This document shows, in pieces, positions 1 to 9,056 of a DNA stretch of 64,000 nt (its first letter is position 1; each line of letters begins with the position of its first letter). Where the stretch lies: NCBI GenBank assembly GCA_040755455.1, contig JBFMAY010000018.1, positions 1 to 64,000 on the forward strand, read 5' to 3'. A program made the translations under genes and the position numbers. Source of the stretch: Thermodesulfobacteriota bacterium (GTDB lineage: Bacteria > Desulfobacterota > Desulfobulbia > Desulfobulbales > SURF-16). A model generated the notes under the pieces. It ran no database searches. It had not been told where the DNA came from and saw only the letters and a list, made by a program, of their open reading frames with translations.

Positions 1-207
1 GGTAACATTTTCTATGGGATCATTGGCGGCCCAGGTCAGGGTAACAGCGTAGCAGTCTGGTGATTGGCAAAAAAAAACGAGGAAGAAGAAAGATAAAATT
101 ATCGGTAACGGATGTATTTTACGCCGTGAATGAAATGAATGAGTTGTTGGGAGGAAGTTACAAAAATTATGTAAAACTAACAGGAGGAACTTTAAAATTA
201 AACTCAT
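1..207 (-). CDS. N-terminus of a secreted fibronectin type III-like domain protein (runs off the window edge)
   Basis: Manual translation from ATG 207: MSLILKF...RRKIHPLPIILSFFFLVFFCQSPDCYAVTLTWAANDPIENVT. A hydrophobic signal-like stretch is followed by VTLTW-N, typical of the first FN3 strand. Not in the ORF track; start codon uncertain. Confidence 0.6.
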   Translation of the reverse strand, partial: MSLILKFLLLVLHNFCNFLPTTHSFHSRRKIHPLPIILSFFFLVFFCQSPDCYAVTLTWAANDPIENVT

Positions 208-283
208 TGTGAAGAAAATCCTTAGAAAACATATGGTTAACCGATTGAAATAACTTGCGGATCTGGCAATCACATCAAGCTCA

Positions 284-299
284 AGCATTTATCGTGCCA
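284..299 (-). promoter_or_regulatory. sigma54 (-24/-12) promoter
   Basis: Minus strand TGGCACGATAAATGCT has GG-N10-GC spacing, one mismatch to TGGCACG-N4-TTGCW, and lies about 77 nt upstream of the FN3-like ORF. Confidence 0.75.
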
Positions 300-425
300 T
301 TTTTATGATAAGATCGGAATTCCGGCAAACAGAACAAAATAACCCCAGTGAAATGTTAGAAATGAACGAGAAGATAGTTTTGGTCTGTTGTGAAGGGTAA
401 ATTGGGGCAAGATTGAAACCGGCGG

Positions 426-443
426 TGTTGGCGTTTTGCGACA
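426..443. promoter_or_regulatory. putative enhancer-binding-protein site (GlrR-like TGTC-N10-GACA)
   Basis: TGTT-GGCGTTTTGC-GACA, one mismatch to the E. coli GlrR site, about 130 bp upstream of the sigma54 -24 box; a GlrR homologue is encoded 2 kb away. Confidence 0.5.
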
Positions 444-554
444 ATAGCTGCCTGCTTTACGCAAATTCTCAATACAGGTAGCCCATCCTACGGGAAAATT
501 TGTGTATTTCCAATGAGATTTGTGGATCGCTTTATGTCACTATTTCGCGACATG

Positions 555-2252
555 TCAGCGGATGTACCCATGTTCTTCCAGGTAGAGCAAGACTTCCTGA
601 GCTGCCTCGGCCGGCGTGATTTTGCTGGTGTCAATGGTGATTTCCGGGTTGGCAGGTGGGGTGTATGGGTCGGAAACACCGGTGAATCCAGGAATTTTCC
701 CAGCCCTTGCCTTGGCATACAGGCCTTTTCTGTCTCGTTGTTCGCAGACTTCCAAAGGGGTTGCCATATAGACTTCGATGTAGCCGCCGCATTTACTGAT
801 AAGTTCCCGGTTTGCCTGACGGGATTCTTCGTAGGGGGCAATGGGGGCGCACAGGGCGATGCCGCCGTTTTTCGTGATTTCGCTGGCGACAAAGCCGATT
901 CTGGTAATGTTGAGGTTGCGGTGTTCCCTGGAAAAGGTTAACTCGCTTGACAGGTTTTTGCGCACAATATCCCCGTCGAGAAGGGTTACCGGCCGGTCGC
1001 GCATTTCCAGAAATTTCACCATCAGAACCTTGGCCAGAGTGGATTTGCCGGAACCTGACAGGCCGGTAATGAAAATGGTAAATCCCTGCTTGGAGCGGGG
1101 CGGGAATGCTCGTCGCAATTCAGCGACAACCTCTGGGTAAGAAAACCAGTCCGGTATTTCGAGGCCGTTTTCAAGGCGTCGCTGCAGTTCGCTTGAAGAG
1201 ATGGTTTTTACCTCCATGCCTTCTCTTACCTCGTGTAAGGGGACATACTGGGCCTGATCTGCAACATAGACCATTTTTTCTTCGGCAACCATCTTGATGC
1301 CGACCTGATCTTCGTATTGTTTGACAAGTTTTTGTGCGGCGCAGGCCGGGTAGAAATTGTCTTTATCAAGCTGACTGGCAAAGGGATCACCATGGTCGTC
1401 AGCCACCAGGAAATGGGTACAGCCGAAATTTCTTTTGATGATCGCCTGCCAGAGTGCCTCCCTGGGGCCGGCCCAGCGGCTGGCCAGGGGCAGAAGCCCC
1501 AGGCTGATCATGTTCCGCGGGAATTTTTTTATGAACTCCTGGTAGCAGCGAACATGGGTGTAATGGTCCAGATTGCCGGGGTGGTCAAGTCCGGCGACTG
1601 GCTGCAGAAAAATATTGGCGCCTGCCTCTCTGGCGGCTTTCAGGATCATTTCCTTGTGGGCGCAATGAAGATAGGCGTCAGTGTGAAAACCAAGAACATG
1701 GCGCCAGCCGTTTAAGGAGAAGCGGCGATGGCTTTCTGCCGGTGCAAGGCGTATCTCCTTGAAATCATAATGAATTGGCAGGCTGATTCCTTCCAGGGTT
1801 CCGCCGATATACCACTCGTTGCTATGGTCATAGAGATTTTTTACGCCAGGATGAAGTGTTGCATCATCGGTGCCGAATACAGCGGCTGCCTCGCGGTGTT
1901 TATCCTGCTGCCAGATGTCGGAGATTGTAAGAATGGCCAGCAGAAAGCCCTCCTGATCGTTTAAACCCAACTTGTCGCCGGTCTTCAGTGAAGAGGCGAT
2001 TTTTCCTGGAACATCAAGGCAGACGGGCATGGGCCACACGGTATTGTCGGTAAGGCGCATTTTGGAAAGAACGCTTTGGTAGTCAGCCTGGTTCAGATAC
2101 CCATCCAGCGGGTAAAAGGCCCGGTTCAGGAGGAGCTCCAGATCGCAGAGTTGCCGCAGGTTCAAGTCGAAGGCCGGCAGTCCGATGGCTTCCTGTTTCA
2201 ATGCTTCACTGCGCCGGAAATGAACAAGCAGGCTTTCCGAGTAGTCGTTCAT
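555..2252 (-). CDS. cysC: Sat-CysC fusion: ATP-sulfurylase-like domain (degenerate) plus adenylylsulfate kinase
   Basis: N-terminal CDLELL..F.PL.GYL and GPREALW..RNFG sulfurylase fold motifs; C-terminal APS kinase motifs GLSGSGKST, LLDGDIVR, FTGVSDPY. Confidence 0.9.
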   Translation of the reverse strand: MNDYSESLLVHFRRSEALKQEAIGLPAFDLNLRQLCDLELLLNRAFYPLDGYLNQADYQSVLSKMRLTDNTVWPMPVCLDVPGKIASSLKTGDKLGLNDQEGFLLAILTISDIWQQDKHREAAAVFGTDDATLHPGVKNLYDHSNEWYIGGTLEGISLPIHYDFKEIRLAPAESHRRFSLNGWRHVLGFHTDAYLHCAHKEMILKAAREAGANIFLQPVAGLDHPGNLDHYTHVRCYQEFIKKFPRNMISLGLLPLASRWAGPREALWQAIIKRNFGCTHFLVADDHGDPFASQLDKDNFYPACAAQKLVKQYEDQVGIKMVAEEKMVYVADQAQYVPLHEVREGMEVKTISSSELQRRLENGLEIPDWFSYPEVVAELRRAFPPRSKQGFTIFITGLSGSGKSTLAKVLMVKFLEMRDRPVTLLDGDIVRKNLSSELTFSREHRNLNITRIGFVASEITKNGGIALCAPIAPYEESRQANRELISKCGGYIEVYMATPLEVCEQRDRKGLYAKARAGKIPGFTGVSDPYTPPANPEITIDTSKITPAEAAQEVLLYLEEHGYIR

Positions 2253-2377
2253 AAAAGAATTTCTCCATGGCGAAAATGTATTTTTTTATTTAAATTGAGC
2301 TGTTACAAAGATAACGCGCAATAAAAAAATTAAGTTAGTTTAACCAAGGAGAGCAAAGAAAGCAAAAAGTATTAGAA

Positions 2378-3730
2378 TTAATCCTTGAAAAGACTGGGAA
2401 CAATATGGTGGCGGTTGAGGAGTTTGTAGAAGTCGGTACGGTTGCGTTTGGCCTGCCTGGCTGCTTCGGTGACGTTTCCCTGGGTTGTCTGCAGCAGCTG
2501 CACGAGATATTCCTGTTCAAATATGCGCCGCGCTTCGGCAAAGGGCAGAATCTTTTTAGATTTTTGCTTTAAGGCATCGGAAAGCAGATTTTCGGTAATA
2601 AGGGGCGAGGAGGACAGGGCGACCGCCTGTTCCACCACATTTTGCAGCTGGCGGATATTACCCGGCCACGATGCCTCCATGAGAAGCTTCATGGCAGACG
2701 GGGAGAATCCGCGTATTTCCTTGCCATTTTGGGCGGTAATTTTTTTGACAAAATAGTGGGCCAGCAAGGGAATATCCTCCCGCCGTTTATGCAGCGGTGG
2801 AATTTCAAGGCTCACCACATTAAGGCGGTAAAAAAGATCTTCCCGGAAAGTTTTTTCCTTCACAGCCGCCTCTATGTTGCGATGGGTGGCGGAAATAATC
2901 CGCGCATCCACATCCACCGCTATGGTAGCGCCAACCGGCCGCACCTGCTTTTCCTGCAGCACCCGCAGCAGTTTCACCTGAAGGGAAAGCGGCATGTCGC
3001 CGATTTCATCGAGAAAGAGAGTGCCGTGGTTGGCGGTTTTGAAAAGACCGTCATAATTTTTGGCCGCCCCGGTGAAAGAACCTTTTGTGTGACCGAAAAG
3101 CTCTGATTCGAGCAGGGCTTCAGGTATGGCGGCGCAATTGACCGCGACAAAAAGGCCGGCTGATCTGGTGCTGGCCCTGTGAATGGCATTGGCCAAGACT
3201 TCCTTGCCGGTGCCGCTTTCTCCGAGAATAAGGACGCTGGCGTCACTCTGGGCGACAAGCTTGGCCTTTTGCAGCAGATTGGCCATGGCGCTGCTCTTGT
3301 AAACGATGTTGCTGCTCCAGTCCTCTTCTTCCGGTTGCTTATTTTCAGGCAGGCCAGCGCCGCTCAGGGTCAGGGCGGAGTTGATCTCCTGGATCAGCTT
3401 CTGGCTGTCAACCGGTTTCGTGAGAAAGGAAAAAACACCCTGTTTGGTTGCCTCAACGGCATCAGGAATGGATCCGTGCGCGGTAATGACAATGACCGGC
3501 AGGGAGCTGTTCATGCGGTGGACAGCCTCAAAAAGGGCCATGCCATCCATTTCTCCCATGCGCAGATCGGTAATCAGCACGTGAGGATTGATAAGTGGAA
3601 TGCGGGAAAGAGCCTGCTCGCCGCTTTCAGCGGTCTCGACCTCAAACCCTTGACTCTGTAACCGTATGGTGAAAAGGCTGAGCAGATCTGTATCGTCGTC
3701 AACCAGCAGTATTTTAGGTTTAATTGTCAT
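2378..3730 (-). CDS. glrR: sigma54-dependent response regulator, GlrR/QseF-like
   Basis: REC domain (LLVDDD, TDLRM, TAHGSIPDAV, FSFLTKP), AAA+ (GESGTGKE, ESELFGH, GSFTGA) and C-terminal GNVTEAARQAKRNRTDFYKLL, closely resembling E. coli GlrR. Confidence 0.85.
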   Translation of the reverse strand: MTIKPKILLVDDDTDLLSLFTIRLQSQGFEVETAESGEQALSRIPLINPHVLITDLRMGEMDGMALFEAVHRMNSSLPVIVITAHGSIPDAVEATKQGVFSFLTKPVDSQKLIQEINSALTLSGAGLPENKQPEEEDWSSNIVYKSSAMANLLQKAKLVAQSDASVLILGESGTGKEVLANAIHRASTRSAGLFVAVNCAAIPEALLESELFGHTKGSFTGAAKNYDGLFKTANHGTLFLDEIGDMPLSLQVKLLRVLQEKQVRPVGATIAVDVDARIISATHRNIEAAVKEKTFREDLFYRLNVVSLEIPPLHKRREDIPLLAHYFVKKITAQNGKEIRGFSPSAMKLLMEASWPGNIRQLQNVVEQAVALSSSPLITENLLSDALKQKSKKILPFAEARRIFEQEYLVQLLQTTQGNVTEAARQAKRNRTDFYKLLNRHHIVPSLFKD

Positions 3731-4250
3731 CCTTGCGATTTTTTATAATTTCATCAATACTTTTCAGTTCTTCAAGCTTTTTCTTCAGTTCGTTAACCTG
3801 TTTTTGTGCTCTGTTTACTTCCGCAATCCTTTTTTCCTGCAGGAGCTGAAAGTAATTAAGGAGAGCTGCAAGGCCTTTGATGTCAGGGGAGTTTACTGTA
3901 TTAATTTGTTGCATATCTTTCATCAGCTCCTGTGCGTATTCCAGAGAGTCAGGCTTGTCCAGGCGCGCAAGGCTCAGGCAGATTAACTTAGACCGCTTTT
4001 CTTCAGTGCTTTCAGCAATGTACGCTTTCTTCTGTCTGAGAAATTCTTCATCAAGCTGCTCAGCAGTCAGGCCAAGGCTGAAATTCAGGCAGGTCAGTAT
4101 CTCCTCTGAGGGTGGATGCAGAGTCTTCACCTCAACCTTCTGGTTTTCCGGTACAATGATGTACGTTGGTTGCGGATTACAACTTGCAAGAAGCATGCAC
4201 AGATTTAAAAAAAGCAGGAGAAAAATTGCCCTGCGAAGGTATTTTGTCAT
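3720..4250 (-). CDS. lipoprotein, QseG/YfhG-like accessory component
   Basis: Lipobox LLASC; helical; C-terminal coiled coil KKLEELKSIDEII..RK; located between kinase and regulator as in qseEGF. Confidence 0.7.
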   Translation of the reverse strand: MTKYLRRAIFLLLFLNLCMLLASCNPQPTYIIVPENQKVEVKTLHPPSEEILTCLNFSLGLTAEQLDEEFLRQKKAYIAESTEEKRSKLICLSLARLDKPDSLEYAQELMKDMQQINTVNSPDIKGLAALLNYFQLLQEKRIAEVNRAQKQVNELKKKLEELKSIDEIIKNRKDDN

Positions 4251-5680
4251 ATTGCTTCCTCAATAGGGAGAGATAATCTGAAATGCGCGCCATTTCCTTC
4301 GTCTGGCAGGATATCGATCGTCCCATGGTGATTAGCCATATATTCCCTGGCAATTGCCAACCCAAGACCGGTGCCTTTCACTCTTCCTTTCTGGGCTGTC
4401 TGCCCCTGAAAAAAGGGGCGGAAGATTTTTGAGCGCTCTTCCTCCGGGACACCCGGACCGCGGTCGCAGATGTCAAGGATGGCCCTTTCCATATCGGTTT
4501 GCAAGGTAATGGCGATGTCGCTGCCGGTTGGCGAGTGTTTGATGGCATTGGAAAGAATGTTATCAATTACCGTACGGATCTGATCCATGTCGCCCTTAAC
4601 CGACGTTGGCATCAGATTCTGCTGCAAATGTAAATCGTTGGCGAGAAGTATCGGTTTATGGTCATCAACAACATCGCAAATAAGCTGGTCCAGGGCAAAA
4701 TGTTTCTTTTTGGGGGGGCGATGACGGGCCTGGGCCATATTGAAATTGACTATATTCTCGATGAGTTTCTGCAAAAGTCTGCTGTTGTTGGTCAAAATTT
4801 TGACGACTTCTTTTTGCTGGGCGGTCAGGGGTCCAACCACCTCTTCACTGAGAAGGCCTGTTCCCTCGCGAATTGAGGCGAGGGGGGTTTTCAGTTCATG
4901 GGAAATGTGGGCCACGAATTTGTTTTTTTCCTTTTCAAGTTCGGCCAGTCTTTCTCTGAGCCAATCGAGCTTTGTGCCCAGAAATTCCAGATCCTTGGGC
5001 CCTGAGACGAAAACCGGTGTGACAAAATCGCCCTCCCCGAGCCGGAGGATGCTTTTGTCGATCTGGCGTATCGGCCGGATAAGTAAATAGGCAAAGATGG
5101 AAATGAGAAGGAGGCTGACAAAAAAGAGGATGGAGGTTAGCCAGAGCATCATTTTTTGGTAGCGGAAAGCCTCTTTCTGCAGGGTTTCAGTTTCCTGAAA
5201 CATCAGATTGTAACTGGCTTCCTGTATTTCCTGGGCCAGGATATTGAGTTCCCGGTAATTATCAAGGTTCTTTTTCCTGTCATGCTTTTGACTGGCATCG
5301 GTTATGAGATTGAAAAGGGTGTTTTCCAGTGTCTCTAATTTTCTGATTTTGCTCTTGACGGTGTCGGTAAAAGGAAACGCTCCGATGTTGGTGAGGATTT
5401 CCTGAATTTTTTCATGTTTTTCCCGGATGGTCTGCAGGTTTTCAGGTTCGGCAAAGATGTCGTAAATGCGGGCCTGACGTTCCTGTTCAACCAGCTGTTC
5501 AAGCAGCGAACGGCTGTCCCTAGCGGAATCGGCTGACCAGAATACGGCCTGGGTGCTGTGGACGGCCATTTTTTCCATGAAATATGCAGAACCTGCCAAG
5601 GCGGCCAGGAGAGGCAGGGCGACAAAAATAAAGCCAGCCAGCAGCAGAATGAGAAAGGATTTTGGTCGGTAAAGTTTCAT
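4247..5680 (-). CDS. glrK: sensor histidine kinase, GlrK/QseE-like
   Basis: Two TM segments, HAMP, H-box SHELKTPLASI, N-box NILSNAIK, G-boxes D.GPG and GTGLGL; N-terminus RPKS..L.L.GF..V.LPLL like GlrK. Confidence 0.85.
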   Translation of the reverse strand: MKLYRPKSFLILLLAGFIFVALPLLAALAGSAYFMEKMAVHSTQAVFWSADSARDSRSLLEQLVEQERQARIYDIFAEPENLQTIREKHEKIQEILTNIGAFPFTDTVKSKIRKLETLENTLFNLITDASQKHDRKKNLDNYRELNILAQEIQEASYNLMFQETETLQKEAFRYQKMMLWLTSILFFVSLLLISIFAYLLIRPIRQIDKSILRLGEGDFVTPVFVSGPKDLEFLGTKLDWLRERLAELEKEKNKFVAHISHELKTPLASIREGTGLLSEEVVGPLTAQQKEVVKILTNNSRLLQKLIENIVNFNMAQARHRPPKKKHFALDQLICDVVDDHKPILLANDLHLQQNLMPTSVKGDMDQIRTVIDNILSNAIKHSPTGSDIAITLQTDMERAILDICDRGPGVPEEERSKIFRPFFQGQTAQKGRVKGTGLGLAIAREYMANHHGTIDILPDEGNGAHFRLSLPIEEAI

Positions 5681-5849
5681 GGAATGAAATTTTCAGAATT
5701 ATGCAAATATGAATCATTTCGGTGATTATTAAAATACAGTTTTAAAATGCTTTCTACAAGAAAAGGTATTGAAAAAAGTGGATTTCAAGTAGTAGAGTAT
5801 TAGTTTTAAAATAATGTTTTCAAACTGTTAAATAAATTTGAGGGGAAAA

Positions 5850-8255
5850 ATGGTAAATCGTTCCTGTAAAATTGTTGCTATCCTTCTAATCTTTTTCGTT
5901 TTATTCATGACGGCCGGTTGCGGAGGCCCGGAAAAAAAGAAGGCAAGGTTCCTGGAAAAGGGTAAAGCCCTCTACGAACAGGGTGATTATGTCAAGGCCA
6001 GGCTGGAGTTGAAAAATGCCATCCAGATCGACCTGAATTTTGCCGAGGCTTACTATTACCTGGGGCTGACGGATCTCAAGGAAGGCAATCTTAAAGGCGC
6101 TTATGGTTCATTTTCCAAGGCTGTTGAGCTTGATCCCAACCTGATCCCTGCCCAGCTTGAACTGGGCAAGCTGTTGCTTGCGGCAAGAAATCCCGAACAG
6201 GCACTGGAAAAAGCGGATTTGGTGCTGCAAAAGGAGCCGGAAAATACGGAGGCCCTGCAGTTAAAAAGCGCGATTCTTATTCGCCTTGAAAAGCCCGACG
6301 AGGCGGAAAAGATTTTGAAGGGATTGCTCGAAAAAGGCGTTACCGAGCCAAAAACCTATATTCTGCTCGCCTCGATTTATGACCACCGGGGCGAAAGGGA
6401 TAAGGCCTTGGATTTGGTTAAAGAGGGGCTGAAGGTCAACCCGAAGGAGGTAAATTTCCATATTATTCTTGCCAGGGTGGCCGCCCAGCAGGGCAACATT
6501 GATGAGGCTATTGCCGTCTATAAAAAAATCATTGAAATCGAGCCTGATAATGTGGATCACAAACTGACTCTTGCCGGTCTGCAATGGGATCAGGGGGATA
6601 AGGATGGGGCTGCCGGGATTCTGGACGTACTTCTCGGGAAAGTGCCGGTTGAGGAAGAGGTGCCGTTGAAAGTGGCCAAATTCTATGCCGCAAAACAGGA
6701 GAGAGAGCTGGCCGAGGAAACGTTGATTAAGGCGTTGAGCCAGCTACCGAAAAGCTTCCTGGTCCGTTTTCAGCTCAGTGAATTCTATCTAAATGACAAC
6801 AAGATTGATGAGGCGGTTAAACTGCTGGAGCAGTGTCTTACCCTTGAAAGCGACCCTGCCGCTCCCGCCATCCTGCAGGCGAAAAATGTCCTGGCCAAGA
6901 TTTATCTCAAGCGCGGGGAGATTGACAAGGCATCTTCCATGGCGGACGAGGTGCTAAAGGAAAATCCGAAGAGCATCGATGGCCATTTCACCAAGGGCAA
7001 TATATTTCTGCTTAAGGGGGATGGGGAGAGCGCTGTGGCTGAATTCCGGGTCATCGTCACCGAGCAGCCGCAAAATGTGCCTGCCTATCTGCGTCTGGCC
7101 GAAGCCCATTTTATGAACAAGCAGATTGAGCTGGCCGGGGAAGCATTGAAAAAGGGGCAGGAGGCCAACCCGGATTCCAGGGATATTTTACAGAGGCTTG
7201 TCCAGTTTTACATGCTGAAAGAGGACACCGGCGCAGCAGAAGAAACGATCAAGGCGTTTCTTGCCAAGCATGGTGACGACATACAGGTTCGGGCCGCCCT
7301 TGGTGATTTTTATGTCATTGGGCAGAAAATGGAAGCGGCCAGAGGGGAGTATGAAAAAATCATTACCATGGCTCCCGATAACCCCGTCGGTTATTTACGC
7401 CTCAGCAATCTGCTGTGGAAAAAAGGGCAAAAGAAGGAGGCTGGCGCACTTCTTGAGAAAGGTTACGGACTAAATAAAAATTCCCTGCCGCTGATTTCGG
7501 CTTTGGCGCAGGTTTATCTTGCCGAGCAACAATATGATAAGGCCATCTCCCTCTGCGAAAAGAGGATCGCGGAAAACCCGCAGGATGCCTTTACCTATAA
7601 TCTGCTGGGCCGGGTCTATCTGACCCGCAAGGATTTCGGCCCTGCGGAAAAGGCCTTTGCCAGGGCCATTGAGCTGAACCCGGAATGGCTTACCCCCCAT
7701 AACAGCATGGCGGCCCTCTATGTTTTGAAAGGCAAGCCTGAGGAGGCCATTGCCAAATTCGAACAGGCGTTGACGGTTGATCCAAACAGAGCGGAAACCT
7801 ATCTTTCCCTTGCCATGCTCTATGAGCAGACCGGGAAATATGACCAGGCCATGGCCGTCTATGAGCGGGCATTGGCCAAAAATGACAAATTCTGGCCGGC
7901 GGCAAACAATCTGGCCTTCCTGCTCAGCGAATACGCCGCCAGTCCGGAAAATCTGGAAAGGGCCTTGAAGCTCGTTCAGCAGGCCCAGGAGGTACGGCCC
8001 AATGAGCCTGAGCTGATGGACACCTTGGGCTGGGTGTACTATAAAATGGGCAATTCCCTTCGTGCGGCGGAGATAATAGGCCAGGCGCAGAGCGCGGACC
8101 CGACAAACGCTGTTTTAAACTATCACCTGGGAGTAGTGCTTGCCGGAACAGACCGCAAGGAGGAGGCCCGGCAGCATCTGCAGGATGCGGTTAACAGCGG
8201 GCAGAATTTTATCGGTATCAACCAGGCACGGGAGTTGTTAAAGAGCTTGCGGTAA
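5850..8255 (+). CDS. long TPR-repeat lipoprotein (PrsT-like, EPS/PEP-CTERM locus type)
   Basis: Lipobox TAGC, many TPR units, C-terminal ANNLA...DTLGWVYY...YHLG signature. Confidence 0.85.
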   Translation: MVNRSCKIVAILLIFFVLFMTAGCGGPEKKKARFLEKGKALYEQGDYVKARLELKNAIQIDLNFAEAYYYLGLTDLKEGNLKGAYGSFSKAVELDPNLIPAQLELGKLLLAARNPEQALEKADLVLQKEPENTEALQLKSAILIRLEKPDEAEKILKGLLEKGVTEPKTYILLASIYDHRGERDKALDLVKEGLKVNPKEVNFHIILARVAAQQGNIDEAIAVYKKIIEIEPDNVDHKLTLAGLQWDQGDKDGAAGILDVLLGKVPVEEEVPLKVAKFYAAKQERELAEETLIKALSQLPKSFLVRFQLSEFYLNDNKIDEAVKLLEQCLTLESDPAAPAILQAKNVLAKIYLKRGEIDKASSMADEVLKENPKSIDGHFTKGNIFLLKGDGESAVAEFRVIVTEQPQNVPAYLRLAEAHFMNKQIELAGEALKKGQEANPDSRDILQRLVQFYMLKEDTGAAEETIKAFLAKHGDDIQVRAALGDFYVIGQKMEAARGEYEKIITMAPDNPVGYLRLSNLLWKKGQKKEAGALLEKGYGLNKNSLPLISALAQVYLAEQQYDKAISLCEKRIAENPQDAFTYNLLGRVYLTRKDFGPAEKAFARAIELNPEWLTPHNSMAALYVLKGKPEEAIAKFEQALTVDPNRAETYLSLAMLYEQTGKYDQAMAVYERALAKNDKFWPAANNLAFLLSEYAASPENLERALKLVQQAQEVRPNEPELMDTLGWVYYKMGNSLRAAEIIGQAQSADPTNAVLNYHLGVVLAGTDRKEEARQHLQDAVNSGQNFIGINQARELLKSLR

Positions 8256-8274
8256 CAGACGCGGCCTGGCATAA

Positions 8275-8379
8275 GGCGCCGTTACGAAATAACTTGTCCT
8301 TTTATAACTATTTCGTTACGGCTCCTTATGCCGTTCTAGACATTCATATGGCCATGTTATTTATTTACAATGGCTTAGC
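8275..8379 (+). repeat. intergenic repeat element copy 1 (16-bp arm, 19-nt spacer, 16-bp inverted arm, then IHF-like box)
   Basis: GGCGCCGTTACGAAAT-N19-ATTTCGTTACGGCTCC-N31-TTATTTATTTACAATGGCTTAGC. Confidence 0.8.
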
Positions 8380-8477
8380 GTTGCGCCAGAATTTCCTTGT
8401 CACCGATAACCTCACTATGCTAAATCAGGTCTGTCTGTTCCGCGCCTGACCATTCTAAGTTTTTAATGAGGAGTGCG

Positions 8478-9056
8478 ATGAAAAAATTGCTCAGTTTGAT
8501 GTGTGGTATCTGTCTGTTGATGTTTGCCGTTGCGCCATTGTGGGCTGCCGAGGAGACTCCCCTGCTGGCAGGAGAGCCATATCTGATAGGTGCCGGGGAT
8601 GTGCTGGATATTTCCGTATGGAAGGATGAGGCCCAGACCAAAACCGTGGTCGTACTGCCTGACGGCACCATTTCCTTTCCGTTGATCGGTGAGGTCGTGG
8701 CGGAAGGAAAGACTGTTTCCCAGCTCAAGGATGAAATCAGGCAAAAGGTGTCCCATTTTGTCCCTGATCCGGTACTGACGGTAATCGTGCATCAGGTAAA
8801 CAGCATGCTGATCTATGTTGTCGGCAGGGTCAATAATCCGGGCCGTTTTCTGCTCAGCACCAATGTGAATGTGCTGCAGGCGCTTACCATGGCCGGGGGG
8901 CTTAATCCCTTTGCCAAGCGCGATAAAATTACCGTTATGCGTGAGGAGGCGGGAGACACGAGGATTTACAAATTCAATTATGACGAGGTTGCCGCCGGCG
9001 AGAATCTGCAGCAGAATATCAGGCTCCGCCGCGGAGATGTGGTTGTGGTCCCATGA
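8478..9056 (+). CDS. short periplasmic OPX (Wza-family) polysaccharide export protein
   Basis: Poly_export motif Y.IG.GDVL.ISVW...V.PDG.ISFPLIG plus one SLBB domain; non-lipoprotein signal peptide; ends GDVVVVP. Confidence 0.9.
   Translation: MKKLLSLMCGICLLMFAVAPLWAAEETPLLAGEPYLIGAGDVLDISVWKDEAQTKTVVVLPDGTISFPLIGEVVAEGKTVSQLKDEIRQKVSHFVPDPVLTVIVHQVNSMLIYVVGRVNNPGRFLLSTNVNVLQALTMAGGLNPFAKRDKITVMREEAGDTRIYKFNYDEVAAGENLQQNIRLRRGDVVVVP

Noticed and set aside
2297..2315. GAGCTGTTACAAAGATAAC resembling the left arm of the repeat element
   Set aside because: Only a half site; no inverted arm at 19 nt, so not counted as a copy.
8370..8385. sigma54-like TGGCTTAGCGTTGC upstream of the OPX gene
   Set aside because: GG-to-GC spacing is 9 nt, not 10.
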